This document shows positions 51,029-58,868 of a DNA stretch of 64,000 nucleotides, in pieces. The translations under genes were made by a program, and so were the position numbers. Under the pieces are notes generated by a model that made no database searches, had not been told where the DNA came from, and was given only the letters and a program-made list of their open reading frames with translations. The first letter of the stretch is position 1; each line of letters starts with the position of its first letter. The stretch comes from Dehalococcoidia bacterium (GTDB lineage Bacteria; Chloroflexota; Dehalococcoidia; Lucifugimonadales; Australimonadaceae): contig CBDCQO010000012.1 of NCBI GenBank assembly GCA_965220655.1, positions 166,931 through 230,930 of the forward strand. The letters are read 5' to 3'.

Positions 51029-51172
51029 GAAGGGCCGCTCACTGGAGGAGCGGCCCCTTCGCGGCTTTCGCCGGTTGCATCGCTCTTCCTACGCTGGCAT
51101 GACCCAGGTCAGGTTCGGAGGGTCGCCCAGTACGGGCCTCTCAGCCGGACGTGGCGCCCGGCTCCCCTGAAC
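51029..51172 (-). promoter_or_regulatory. TPP (THI-box) riboswitch with expression platform
   Basis: The minus strand reads cAGGGGAGCC...GGCTGAGAGG...ACCCTccGAACCTGAcCTGGgTcATGCCAGCGTAGGAAg, matching the conserved THI-box cores. It is followed by the hairpin gaaggggccgctc-CTCCagt-gagcggcccttc and the SD AGGAGGAG before ATG 51008. Confidence 0.85.
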
Positions 51173-51194
51173 GTTCGCTATTCGATTGTGCGGC

Positions 51195-51223
51195 ATGGTA
51201 TAACCGCTTGGTCGGCTGGTCAA
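51195..51223 (-). promoter_or_regulatory. Putative promoter for the riboswitch operon
   Basis: The minus strand has TTGACC, a 17-nt spacer, then TACCAT, about 25-30 nt upstream of the aptamer. Confidence 0.4.
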
Positions 51224-51300
51224 ACGAGTACGGGCTAGGCGCGCATTCGCGGAAACTTGGATGAGAGGACGCTGTAAAAACTATGGCGGAGCGGCGATGA

Positions 51301-51311
51301 TGTACTATAAT
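51301..51311 (+). promoter_or_regulatory. Possible -10 element TGtaCTATAAT
   Basis: Consensus TATAAT at 51306-51311 lies in a lower-GC divergent gap, about 125 nt upstream of the 51436 ATG. No clear -35. Confidence 0.3.
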
Positions 51312-51435
51312 GCCGTGCAAAGCCCAGACCGGGTTCCGGCCAGGCGAAGGATATGATATGCATTAGGTGTGTCCGGAGAGCGTCTTCCGGCCATGCCTTG
51401 ATGCGTAAAGAGTCACCGGACTAACAGGAGGCGGG

Positions 51436-52446
51436 ATGTTCACACGCCGAAAGCTCTCCATCAGCGTAGCCTTGATGCTGGCGCTGACCATGCTCATGAC
51501 CCTCAGCGCGAGCGCGCAGGCGCCTGCCCTTGGCGGCACCGCCCACTTCCGCGACGCCAACGCGGCGAGCGACAGCCTGATTGTCGATTTCACCCGTGCG
51601 GCCGTGCTCTCCCACGGCTCATACTACGAAGGCTGGCTCATAGACGCCGACGACAACAAGGTCAGCACCGGCGAGCTTGGTCGTGGGCCGTTCCTCCAGA
51701 GTGAGTACGTCGACCCAGACGGCACCGACCTCCTCGCGGTCTACAGCACCTTCGTAATCACGGTGGAAGATCGGAATGATCCTGATTCCGCTCCTTCCGG
51801 CGTTATCGCTTACGGCGCGGCGACCCGTGGGGCCGTTCTCTCGCACGTAAGCGCTCTCGTGGGTGATGGCGGAGCGGCGACAGCGCTGCGCGATCAGGCT
51901 GCGCAGGTGCTGGCCTACGCTGAAGCGGAGAACGCCGACATGGTCGTGGGCATGCTGGACGGCGTCGTTGCTCAGGCACGTGAAGCGTCGTCAGTGGCCG
52001 CCGACCTCCTCTTCTCTTCCGCGAGCGGCGGTGACGAGAACGTCGAAGACGTCGCGAACGAGATCATCGACGCGTCGAACAACGTGATCAGGCTTGCGGG
52101 CGAGGTGCGGGACGCCGCGTCGCGCGCGTCCAGCGCGTCCGGCATCGAAGCCCAGCAGGAGACCAAGAACCTCCTCGCGTGGGCGACCCGGCTGTACTCC
52201 GGCACCGAGCAGGACGGCCAGGCGCTGGACCAATCTACTAGGAAGGCAGAGTCGCCCCACGGTGCGGTACACGTCTACGAGTTGTCTCAGGACCTCGGCG
52301 CGTTCCGCCCCAACGTAGGCGCTCCGCCTGCCACCGGCGACTCGCTCGTACCGATGGTTGCGCTGGCGGCCCTCGTACTGGGCGCTGCGTTCGCCCTCAG
52401 TGGCGGGCTGGTGGTCTTCCGCTCCCGTCGACGCGCGTTCGCCTGA
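51436..52446 (+). CDS. Secreted/cell-surface hypothetical protein with a C-terminal sorting-signal-like anchor
   Basis: Signal peptide (..LSASAQA) with AGGAGG upstream. The N-terminal segment SYYEGWLIDADDNKVSTGEL resembles anti-sigma RskA-type extracytoplasmic domains. The C-terminus has PPATGDS, a TM helix and RSRRR. Confidence 0.7.
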   Translation: MFTRRKLSISVALMLALTMLMTLSASAQAPALGGTAHFRDANAASDSLIVDFTRAAVLSHGSYYEGWLIDADDNKVSTGELGRGPFLQSEYVDPDGTDLLAVYSTFVITVEDRNDPDSAPSGVIAYGAATRGAVLSHVSALVGDGGAATALRDQAAQVLAYAEAENADMVVGMLDGVVAQAREASSVAADLLFSSASGGDENVEDVANEIIDASNNVIRLAGEVRDAASRASSASGIEAQQETKNLLAWATRLYSGTEQDGQALDQSTRKAESPHGAVHVYELSQDLGAFRPNVGAPPATGDSLVPMVALAALVLGAAFALSGGLVVFRSRRRAFA

Positions 52447-52477
52447 TCCGTCGGCACCGCGCTAGCGATACGATAGA

Positions 52478-52505
52478 AAGGCCCCGCTCAAGTGAGCGGG
52501 GCCTT
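52478..52505. terminator. Bidirectional hairpin terminator between convergent genes
   Basis: Perfect 12-bp stem aaggccccgctc / gagcggggcctt with a 4-nt loop. Confidence 0.7.
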
Positions 52506-52533
52506 CTCCTATACCAATGGTCCGCAGCGCCGG

Positions 52534-53535
52534 TTAGCTGAGTCCCAACGTCTCCTTCAGTTCCCGCCACTCGCGAGGAGACATCTCCAGCTCCGCCGGG
52601 TCTATCTCCTCGCCGGCAAGCATGCGCTTGACGGCTGACAGGCCCTCCGCGCTCAGGCGCGCCCCGCCAACCCGGTAGCGATGGAACGCGTTCGCCGTGA
52701 GCGGCACCCAGCGCTCCACGATGTCCAGGATCACGCGGGCGTACTCCTGTATCTCCCACTGCGCGTGGGCGTCGCCGCGGAGGGCGAGGAAGTGCAGCAG
52801 GTTGTGCAGGTCCGTCTTCCAATACCACTGCGTATATGTGCTCAACGGCAGACCGATGCGTGCCAGCTCGCGTGTCAACCCGTCGTTGAGCAATCTGTCG
52901 TATTGGTCGAACGACCGCTGGGCATCCTCCGTCATGGGCTTTTGGAATCGCTGCGCCTCAACCCGCGTGGCCTCGGCTCGCTGCGCCTCGGCTTTCGTGG
53001 ATTTCCTTGTTGAGCGGGGCGGCGCAGCCTGCGGAACCGGGACGGAACCGAGGGCGAGTTGTTCTCCGGCGCTGGTCTGGCCCCGCCCCTGGTTGTTGGT
53101 GGCGGACTGGATTGCCAGCTGTTCGCCTTCAGGGATGTAGAACTCTCTGTCGAGCACGGAGTAGCGCGCCGAGTACTCGTTCACGTTCGCCATGCGGTGG
53201 CGTATCCACTGGCGCGCCACGAAGATGGGGAGCTTCACGTGCAGCTTGATCTCGCACATCTCGAACGGCGAGGTGTGGGCGTTGCGCATCAGGTAGTTGA
53301 TGAGCCCCTGGTCGTCGCGTGTCCGCTTCGTCCCGCGCCCGTAGGAGACGCGCGCCGCCTGCACGATGGCGGCATCGTCGCCCATGTAGTCCACCACGCG
53401 CACGAAACCGTGGTCGAGCACGGGCAGGGGTTGATAGAGGACCTCCTCGATGGCGGGCACGGTGGCGCGGCGCGTCTCGTGCTGCTCCTCGCGGAGTGCG
53501 TCTATCTCGGCCTGTTGCTCGGGGGTGATGGACAT
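52534..53535 (-). CDS. thyX: FAD-dependent thymidylate synthase
   Basis: ThyX motif RHRMANVNEYSARY, HTSPFEM and QWYWKTDLHNLLHFL. At 333 aa it is longer than usual. Confidence 0.93.
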   Translation of the reverse strand: MSITPEQQAEIDALREEQHETRRATVPAIEEVLYQPLPVLDHGFVRVVDYMGDDAAIVQAARVSYGRGTKRTRDDQGLINYLMRNAHTSPFEMCEIKLHVKLPIFVARQWIRHRMANVNEYSARYSVLDREFYIPEGEQLAIQSATNNQGRGQTSAGEQLALGSVPVPQAAPPRSTRKSTKAEAQRAEATRVEAQRFQKPMTEDAQRSFDQYDRLLNDGLTRELARIGLPLSTYTQWYWKTDLHNLLHFLALRGDAHAQWEIQEYARVILDIVERWVPLTANAFHRYRVGGARLSAEGLSAVKRMLAGEEIDPAELEMSPREWRELKETLGLS

Positions 53536-53612
53536 CTCGTCTGGCGGTGCGCGTCGCGCGCTATCGGAATGTTACACGCAGCGCAGCTGGTGTGGGGCTC
53601 AGGGATAAGCGA

Positions 53613-53643
53613 ACGGCCCGCGAGTCTGCGATTCGCGGGCCGT
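53613..53643 (-). terminator. Hairpin downstream of the oxidoreductase beta-subunit gene
   Basis: Perfect 11-bp stem acggcccgcga / tcgcgggccgt with a 9-nt loop. Confidence 0.6.
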
Positions 53644-53668
53644 CGTCGCTGGGTGTTGCGTTGTGCGG

Positions 53669-54550
53669 CTACAGCATGCGCTGCATGATGCGGTCGGCCT
53701 GCTCCTCGGTCAGCCCTCCGGTGCGCTTGGCGACGGGGCCGTCGCGCAGCACGGGTTCCAGCTCAGTGAGCGATTCCTTCTCGCTCTCCAGGTGGTAGAA
53801 CTTGCCGATGTAGATCTCGTCACCCCAGACCATCGCCTTCTCGCAGGCAGCGGCCCAGTCAGTGGCATCGTGGCCCTCGTCCTCCAGCTTCTTGATGCGT
53901 TCCTTGAAGAAGTTGTGGGTGTTGTCCAGGTTGAAGGTAACGCACGGGCTGAATATGTCGATAAGCGCGAACCCCTGGTGCTCGATGCCTCCCTTGATGA
54001 GCTCGGTCAGGTGCCTCACGTCGCCGGAGTAGCCTCGCGCAACGTAGGTCGCGCCGTTCATGATGGCGGAAGTGATGGGGTTGATGGGGTATTCCACGCT
54101 GCCGAACGGGGTGCTCTTGGTCTTCTGCCCCACCCTGCTGGTTGGGGAAACCTGACCGGTCGTGAGGCCGTAGATCTGGTTGTTCATCACCACGTAGGTG
54201 AGGTCCACGTTGCGGCGGGCGGTGTGGGTGAAGTGGTTGCCGCCGATGCCGTAGCCGTCGCCGTCGCCGCCGGTGGCGATGACGGTGAGTTCGTGGTTCG
54301 CCATCTTCACCCCCGTGGCGAACGCGAGTGAACGCCCGTGGAGCGTATGCGCCCCGTAGGTGTTGATGTAGCCCGGCAGGTTGGACGAACAGCCGATGCC
54401 GCTGACCGTCACGATCTCGTGCGGGCGCAGGCCAAGCTCGGCAGCTGCCCGCTGCAGGCTGTTCAACACGCCGAAGTCGCCGCAACCCGGGCACCAGTCG
54501 GGGTCGATCTTGCCCTTGAAGTCACGTGCTGTCAGTTGAATGGTGGTCAT
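53669..54550 (-). CDS. 2-oxoacid:ferredoxin (acceptor) oxidoreductase, beta subunit
   Basis: WCPGCGDFG, and the TPP-binding GGDGDGYGIG. The start was trimmed to MTTIQLT. Confidence 0.92.
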   Translation of the reverse strand: MTTIQLTARDFKGKIDPDWCPGCGDFGVLNSLQRAAAELGLRPHEIVTVSGIGCSSNLPGYINTYGAHTLHGRSLAFATGVKMANHELTVIATGGDGDGYGIGGNHFTHTARRNVDLTYVVMNNQIYGLTTGQVSPTSRVGQKTKSTPFGSVEYPINPITSAIMNGATYVARGYSGDVRHLTELIKGGIEHQGFALIDIFSPCVTFNLDNTHNFFKERIKKLEDEGHDATDWAAACEKAMVWGDEIYIGKFYHLESEKESLTELEPVLRDGPVAKRTGGLTEEQADRIMQRML

Positions 54551-54567
54551 GGTGTCTTCTCCTTCGG

Positions 54568-56352
54568 TTAGACGACGACTTCTTGGTAGGGGACGAAGAC
54601 GCCGCCTTCCCTGCCGAGCAGGTCTGCGACGCCGTCTGCTATGTGGTGAGGCGCGAACGGCTCGCCGTCGTACTTGCGGATGTGGCCGTAGGCGCTCAGC
54701 CCCGTCTCGCTTCGCATGTAGCGGGCGAACTGGCCGGAGTAGTTGTTCTCCACGATGATGAACTTGTTGGCGCTCGTGAGGGCTGCCGTAATCTCGTCCG
54801 CGTGCAGGGGGATGAGCCATTTGACCGCCAACTGGTTTGCGGTGATGCCGCGGTCTGCGAGCTGCTCGATAGCCTCCTGGATGACGCCCGCGGTGGAGCC
54901 CCAGCCAACGAGCGTTACCTCTGCGTTCGCGGGGCCCTCGATCTCTGGGGGCGCGATGAGGCTGGCCGCGGCCTCGAACTTCCGCGCGCGCTTCTCAACG
55001 GACGCCCGGCGGCGGTGCGGGTTCGTGAACTCGTCGGAGAGCAGCATCGAGTCTTCGTCGTGCTCGTCCGTTGCTACGGTGTGTACGTGCCCCTCGGTCC
55101 CCGGCACCGCTCGTGGGGAGACGCCGCTTGCCGTGTCCTTGTAGCGCATGTAGGCGTCTCCATTGGAGGTGCCTTCCGTGATGAGTTCGCCCCTGTCGAT
55201 GTTGGGATGGAAGTCGATGTCCCTGGGATTGATGCTGTACCTGCCCTCGGAGATGAGCAGGTCGGACAGGATGATGCCGGGGCATTGCAGCTTGTCCGCC
55301 AGGTTGAACAACTCCGGCACGGTGTTGTAGGCGTCGAGGGCATCCTTCGGGCTGACGACGAACCGCTCGAAGTCACCTTGGCTTGCGCCGAGCGCCTGCC
55401 AGAGGTCGCCCTGCTCGGTCTTGGTGGGAACTCCCGTGGACGGCCCTGCCCGCTGCACGTTGATGAACACGCAGGGTATCTCCATCATCGCGGCAGCGCC
55501 TATCGCCTCGGTCATCAGGGCGAAGCCCCCGCCGGAGGTTGCGCACATCGCGCGGGCCCCGGTGTGGGCAGCGCCGACCACCATGTTCGCGACGCCGATC
55601 TCATCTTCCACCTGGCGCACCATGATGCCCAGGTTCCGGGCGTTCTGCGCCATCCAGTGGAGCACGCCTGTGGACGGGCTCATCGGGTAGGCCGCGTAGA
55701 ACTTCACACCCGCCGCGGCGCCGCCCATCGCGAGCGCCTCGTTGCCGGACCAGACACCCAGCGGCTCGCCGCCTTCGGGCATCGGCATCGGGAACGGGGT
55801 GAAGTTCTCCTGCGCGTGCGTGTATCCCGCAAGAGCGACCCGCACGTTCTCGTTCACCACGTCCTCGCCCTTGCGGGCGAACTGCTGGGTGATGCTCGCT
55901 TCGAGCAGCCCGAAGTCGAGGCCGAGCAGGTGCATCATCGCGCCGAGGGCTACGGTGTTCTGGTTCAGTCCGGACCGCTGCGACCCGGTGAGGTCGTTCA
56001 CCGGCAGCGGACAGAGCTGCACGCCGTCTGCGTAGTCGCCCGGAGAGATCGTGTCGCTGTTGTAGACCGCTGCTGCGCCGGAGCCGAGCAACCGCAGGTG
56101 CCGGTTCATCGTGTCCTGGTTCAGGGCCAGCAGCATGTCCAGCTTGTCGCCGTGGCTGCGCACTTCCCTGTCCGAGACGCGCACGGTGAGGAAGATATGC
56201 CCTCCTCGAATGATGGACTGGTACGCGTTGTAGGTGGACAGGTTCAACCCGCGCCGCACGACGATGCGGGCGAGCGTGTCGCCTGGCGTAGCGATACCCT
56301 GACCGGCCTCGCCTCCTATCGCCAGGGCGAAGTCGTAGTTCCCGTCGCTCAT
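54568..56352 (-). CDS. 2-oxoacid:ferredoxin (acceptor) oxidoreductase, alpha subunit (fused alpha/gamma)
   Basis: About 594 aa with the GGEAGQGI N-terminus typical of the family. ATG 56352 lies 4 nt after GGAGGG. Confidence 0.92.
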   Translation of the reverse strand: MSDGNYDFALAIGGEAGQGIATPGDTLARIVVRRGLNLSTYNAYQSIIRGGHIFLTVRVSDREVRSHGDKLDMLLALNQDTMNRHLRLLGSGAAAVYNSDTISPGDYADGVQLCPLPVNDLTGSQRSGLNQNTVALGAMMHLLGLDFGLLEASITQQFARKGEDVVNENVRVALAGYTHAQENFTPFPMPMPEGGEPLGVWSGNEALAMGGAAAGVKFYAAYPMSPSTGVLHWMAQNARNLGIMVRQVEDEIGVANMVVGAAHTGARAMCATSGGGFALMTEAIGAAAMMEIPCVFINVQRAGPSTGVPTKTEQGDLWQALGASQGDFERFVVSPKDALDAYNTVPELFNLADKLQCPGIILSDLLISEGRYSINPRDIDFHPNIDRGELITEGTSNGDAYMRYKDTASGVSPRAVPGTEGHVHTVATDEHDEDSMLLSDEFTNPHRRRASVEKRARKFEAAASLIAPPEIEGPANAEVTLVGWGSTAGVIQEAIEQLADRGITANQLAVKWLIPLHADEITAALTSANKFIIVENNYSGQFARYMRSETGLSAYGHIRKYDGEPFAPHHIADGVADLLGREGGVFVPYQEVVV

Positions 56353-56410
56353 AGATCCCTCCACTCGGCCTGGGCCGTACTTCTATGTCGGTCTGCCGCC
56401 CGCCGCTCCG

Positions 56411-57769
56411 CTACACGGCGGCCAGCGCTGCTTCTTTCACTGCCTCGGACATGCTGGGATGAACGTTCACCAGCCTCCCGATCTCCACGTCCGTCCCGTC
56501 GAGCAGTCGGGCCATGCTCAGTTCGCCCAGCAACTCCGTTACTTCATGTCCTATCAGATGCGCGCCGAGCAACTCGCCCGTGGAGGAGTTGGCCACGATT
56601 TTAGCGAATCCCTCCCTGTGTCCGACGGCCAGCGCCTTCCCGTTCGCGAGGAATGGGAACTTGCCCACCTTTATCGGGTAGCCCTGCTCACGCGCCTCTG
56701 ACTCTGTCAGCCCTATGCTCGCCACCTGCGGGTTGCAGTAGGTGGCGCGAGGCATGCCCGGGTAGTCTAACGCAGGAGGGTTCAATCCGCCGATGTCCTC
56801 CGCCGCATAGACGCCCTCGGCGTGCGCTACGTGAGCGAGGGGCAGGCGTCCGTTCACGTCCCCCACCGCGTAGACGTTCGCTCCGTTCACCCGCAGGCGA
56901 TCGTCCACCCGGATGAACCCGCGCTCCAGGGTCCCTCCGACATTCTCAACGCCGAGCCCGTCCGTGTTCGGGGTTATGCCCGCCGCAACGAGAACGCGGT
57001 CCGCTTCGAGCTCGAGCGTCTCGTCCACTGCAGCGATGGTTACCCGCGCTGTGCCGTCCTCTACGGCAACGGCGGTGACTGAAGCACCGGTGAGGAGGCG
57101 TATCCCCTGGCTTCCCAGCGCGCGGGACAGCGCCTGCGATATCTCCTCGTCCTCTTTCGGCAGTATGCGCGGCAGGAACTCGACCAGCGTCACTTGAGCG
57201 CCGTAGACGTTGTAGAGGTAGGCGAACTCGATGCCGGTGGCCCCGCCGCCGACGATTACCACTCGGCCAGGGACTTGTTCGTCCACGATGATCTCTCGGT
57301 ACGTCACCACCACTTCGCCGTCTGCGGTCAGGGGCGGGGGAAGAGCAGGCCGGGCTCCCGTTGCGATGATCATGTTCCGGCAGCCGATCCGTTCACCGTC
57401 CACGGAGACCTCGCGGGGCCCCGTGATGGTCGCGTTGCCTTCCACGTACGCAACCCCGTCGCGGCGGAAGAGCGAAGCGACGCCCTTGGTGAGACGCTCT
57501 ACGACCTTCCGGCTGCGGGCGACGCCGACCGCGTAGTTCGCAGTGACGCCGCTCACCTCGATGCCGTACTCGGAGGCGTTGCGGACGGTGCTCAACACTT
57601 CTGCGTTGCGGAGGAGCGCCTTGGAAGGGATACAGCCCAGGTTCAGGCATATGCCCCCGAGGAACTCGCGTTCGATGCAGACGGTGCTCAATCCCAATTG
57701 GGCGGCTCGAATCGCAGCGGGATATCCACCCGGGCCTGAACCGATGACCGCAACGTCGTAGTCTGTCAT
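56411..57769 (-). CDS. lpdA: Dihydrolipoyl dehydrogenase
   Basis: VIGSGPGGY, the redox disulfide GGICLNLGCIPSK, and the C-terminal HPSMSE (HPT.SE-type motif). The start was trimmed to MTDYDVAV. Confidence 0.93.
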   Translation of the reverse strand: MTDYDVAVIGSGPGGYPAAIRAAQLGLSTVCIEREFLGGICLNLGCIPSKALLRNAEVLSTVRNASEYGIEVSGVTANYAVGVARSRKVVERLTKGVASLFRRDGVAYVEGNATITGPREVSVDGERIGCRNMIIATGARPALPPPLTADGEVVVTYREIIVDEQVPGRVVIVGGGATGIEFAYLYNVYGAQVTLVEFLPRILPKEDEEISQALSRALGSQGIRLLTGASVTAVAVEDGTARVTIAAVDETLELEADRVLVAAGITPNTDGLGVENVGGTLERGFIRVDDRLRVNGANVYAVGDVNGRLPLAHVAHAEGVYAAEDIGGLNPPALDYPGMPRATYCNPQVASIGLTESEAREQGYPIKVGKFPFLANGKALAVGHREGFAKIVANSSTGELLGAHLIGHEVTELLGELSMARLLDGTDVEIGRLVNVHPSMSEAVKEAALAAV

Positions 57770-57980
57770 AGACGAAATCTTTTGCTCGCGCCGGAATCGT
57801 TTCCCTTTGCATGGGCGTCGTGATGGGAGGGAAGGGGGTCGGGCGGGAGTCTCCGCAGTATATCGGTCTCGACGTACTGCGGGCAAATGGAAAGGCAGGT
57901 TTCGGTGGACGGATCGGCTCCAAACGCGCCAAGATATAGATAATTTTTATAGCTTGCGGCTTCAGTTATACGTTTGCTCT

Positions 57981-58358
57981 TTAGTTGGCGGATTCCGCAA
58001 ACAACGGAAGGCGTGCTGTTCCAGGTACGGCAGGGACGACGGCAGCGACGCGCATTCCAACAGGCACGTTCCCGGGCACGACTTCGACGACTCCCATCAT
58101 CCGCAGCCCGGCGTCCATGTCCACCACAACGATCGTGAGGGGATGCTGGTCAGCGCCGCTGAGCGGCTCCATGGAGCTGAACACGGTGCCGCCTGCTGCC
58201 GCAGTCTCCCAGCCGAGCGTGGGCGATCCACACCGCTCACATACCTCGGCGTCCGGCTCCTGCCATGCGCTGCAGATCCCGCAGCGGGGGAGTTTGAATC
58301 TTCCTTCTCCTATCGCAGCCCAGAATCGCTCGGCAGCGGGTTGTGCTCGCGTCCGCAT
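57981..58358 (-). CDS. Zn-ribbon/OB-fold protein (DUF35 family)
   Basis: 125 aa. CGIC....CERCGS rubredoxin-like knuckle followed by an OB-fold-like beta region. Confidence 0.75.
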   Translation of the reverse strand: MRTRAQPAAERFWAAIGEGRFKLPRCGICSAWQEPDAEVCERCGSPTLGWETAAAGGTVFSSMEPLSGADQHPLTIVVVDMDAGLRMMGVVEVVPGNVPVGMRVAAVVPAVPGTARLPLFAESAN

Positions 58359-58403
58359 GACGCGGATTCTAACCTGTCCCGCGTCATGCGGACGGCACGT
58401 GCA

Positions 58404-58724
58404 CTAGGCTCCTGGAGCCCGGTAGGGCACCGTCTTGCCGAGCGCCTCGTCTACCGTCTCTGGTGAGACCAGCACAGTGATGCTCACGCTGAGTGCGCCC
58501 GCAGCGCCGATGTTCAGCGAAACGGCTGCGGCTGTGGCGTCGTCGGGGAGATCGGCCGTGATGTAGAGGTCGCTCTTCCCGAACGCGTAGTAGAACGATT
58601 CCACACTGCCGCCGGCCCCTTCGATGGTCTCAGTGAGGGCTGCCCTGCGCTTGGTGCCCCCCTCTTTGAGCAGACCGTTGATGCCCGCCTGCGTGTAGCT
58701 CGCTTGGAACAGGTACTTTCCCAT
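58404..58724 (-). CDS. GYD domain protein
   Basis: 106 aa. MGKYLFQASYT...G.K.L...GG..R......E..GG...S.Y.AFG..D pattern. GGAGGAG lies upstream. The rest of the listed 450-aa ORF is judged spurious. Confidence 0.8.
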   Translation of the reverse strand: MGKYLFQASYTQAGINGLLKEGGTKRRAALTETIEGAGGSVESFYYAFGKSDLYITADLPDDATAAAVSLNIGAAGALSVSITVLVSPETVDEALGKTVPYRAPGA

Positions 58725-58868
58725 ACTTACTCCTCCATGGGTGATGACAGCATGGTTACCAGCCGTGGCGGAGATGGTCAAGGCGGCGATCGTTAAGGAT
58801 GGGCGATACGTGCGGAATGGCACGCCTGATGCGACCCGGCGCCACGGCCCCCGGACTATAATGGAGGT

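Noticed and set aside
49495-51042. 515-aa minus-strand ORF in an alternative frame to the SSS transporter
   Set aside because: It is Arg/His/Pro/Gly-rich with no TM segments, whereas the 49506-51008 frame gives a coherent 13-TM symporter starting right after the riboswitch SD.
51261-51356. 31-codon small ORF (MRGRCKNYGGAAMMYYNAVQSPDRVPARRRI) in the divergent gap
   Set aside because: It has no SD and overlaps the putative -10 element, and nothing supports coding.
54526-56604. 692-aa ORF on the + strand
   Set aside because: It is entirely antisense to the well-supported OFOR alpha-subunit gene. Its composition is dominated by R, G, A, V and H, as is typical of out-of-frame GC-rich DNA, and it has no recognisable motifs.
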